DNA of 49,442 nt, counting the filler, from Catajapyx aquilonaris (lineage: Eukaryota), in NCBI GenBank assembly GCA_000934665.2. It is 2 parts of 2 records of this genome, joined end to end, with 100 filler letters (N's around TTAATTAATTAA, not from the genome) between each part and the next. Parts side by side here need not be neighbours in the genome. Positions count along the whole stretch, not along the records: positions 24,714 to 49,442 come from JYFJ02005482.1; 1 more part is not named here. One strand, given 5' to 3'. The position numbers and the translations under genes are program-made. Numbering within the stretch: position 1 is the stretch's first letter; the number at the start of each line of letters is the position of its first letter. Under the pieces are notes generated by a model, which saw nothing but the letters and a program-made list of their open reading frames with translations, was not told the origin of the DNA and did no database searches. Below, piece by piece: positions 48,991-49,442 of this stretch.

Positions 48991-49442
48991 TATTTTATTT
49001 TATTTTTATTTTATTTGTATTACCCCATTCGAGGGCAGGAGCCCTTTTAGGGGGACACAACGACAACAATTGTAACTTTGAGCGGACATATACCACGAGA
49101 ATGAAAAAATAAATAAAATAAAATAGAACAATAACTTTCACTGACCAGTGCTCACTACTAAGACTTCCTAGTCACACAATTCGATCCTCCTAATGGCATT
49201 ATCCAAAACATTACTGAGATTAAAGGCCAGATCCTTCGGTAAGTCTTCGAAAAGTAAATGAAAGCGGTCGGGTGGATAAGATGGCAGGTTATGAAGGAAC
49301 AAAAATCTGGGGGTACGAAAGAAAGGGCAGACATAAATTATATGATAAGGGGAAAACGGCTCCGTAATGTTACACCACGTACTTGCCCTGATCTGAAAAT
49401 ATTGGGACACCCCCAAAAAATGGAGTGGTGGGGTTATACACA
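48991..49442 (-). mobile_element. 3' end of a non-LTR retrotransposon (LINE)
   Basis: Minus-strand ORF ending at 49168 carries C-x8-H-x4-C...R (WCNITEPFSPYHIIYVCPFFRTPR), like LINE ORF2 C-terminal zinc knuckles. It is followed by a short 3' UTR and the tail AATGGGGTAATAC(AAATA)n. Confidence 0.65.

Overview
Eukaryotic (arthropod, probably hexapod) genomic DNA made of two contigs joined by an artificial 100-nt spacer (44 N + TTAATTAATTAA + 44 N, 24614-24713), so the two halves need not be neighbours. Left contig: a multi-exon secreted PAN/apple-repeat gene (+; two signal-peptide exons, 4-5 PAN domains, Gly/Tyr- and RGD-rich linkers, Cys/Trp-rich C-terminal module), a convergent GPATCH4 gene (-), and the 5' end of an unidentified divergent gene. 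Right contig: the dicistronic stoned locus (-), with a 1129-aa Stoned-A ORF lacking any internal Met, a 20-nt spacer, then Stoned-B (cut off by the join). It is followed by three tandem, divergent 3CxxC zinc-binding (RTP/ZAR1-like) genes (+). tRNA-derived SINEs, a LINE 3' end, several MITE classes and a Sola-like transposase remnant are interspersed. All gene models were built by hand from splice signals and frame continuity; family names come from motif recognition, not database searches.
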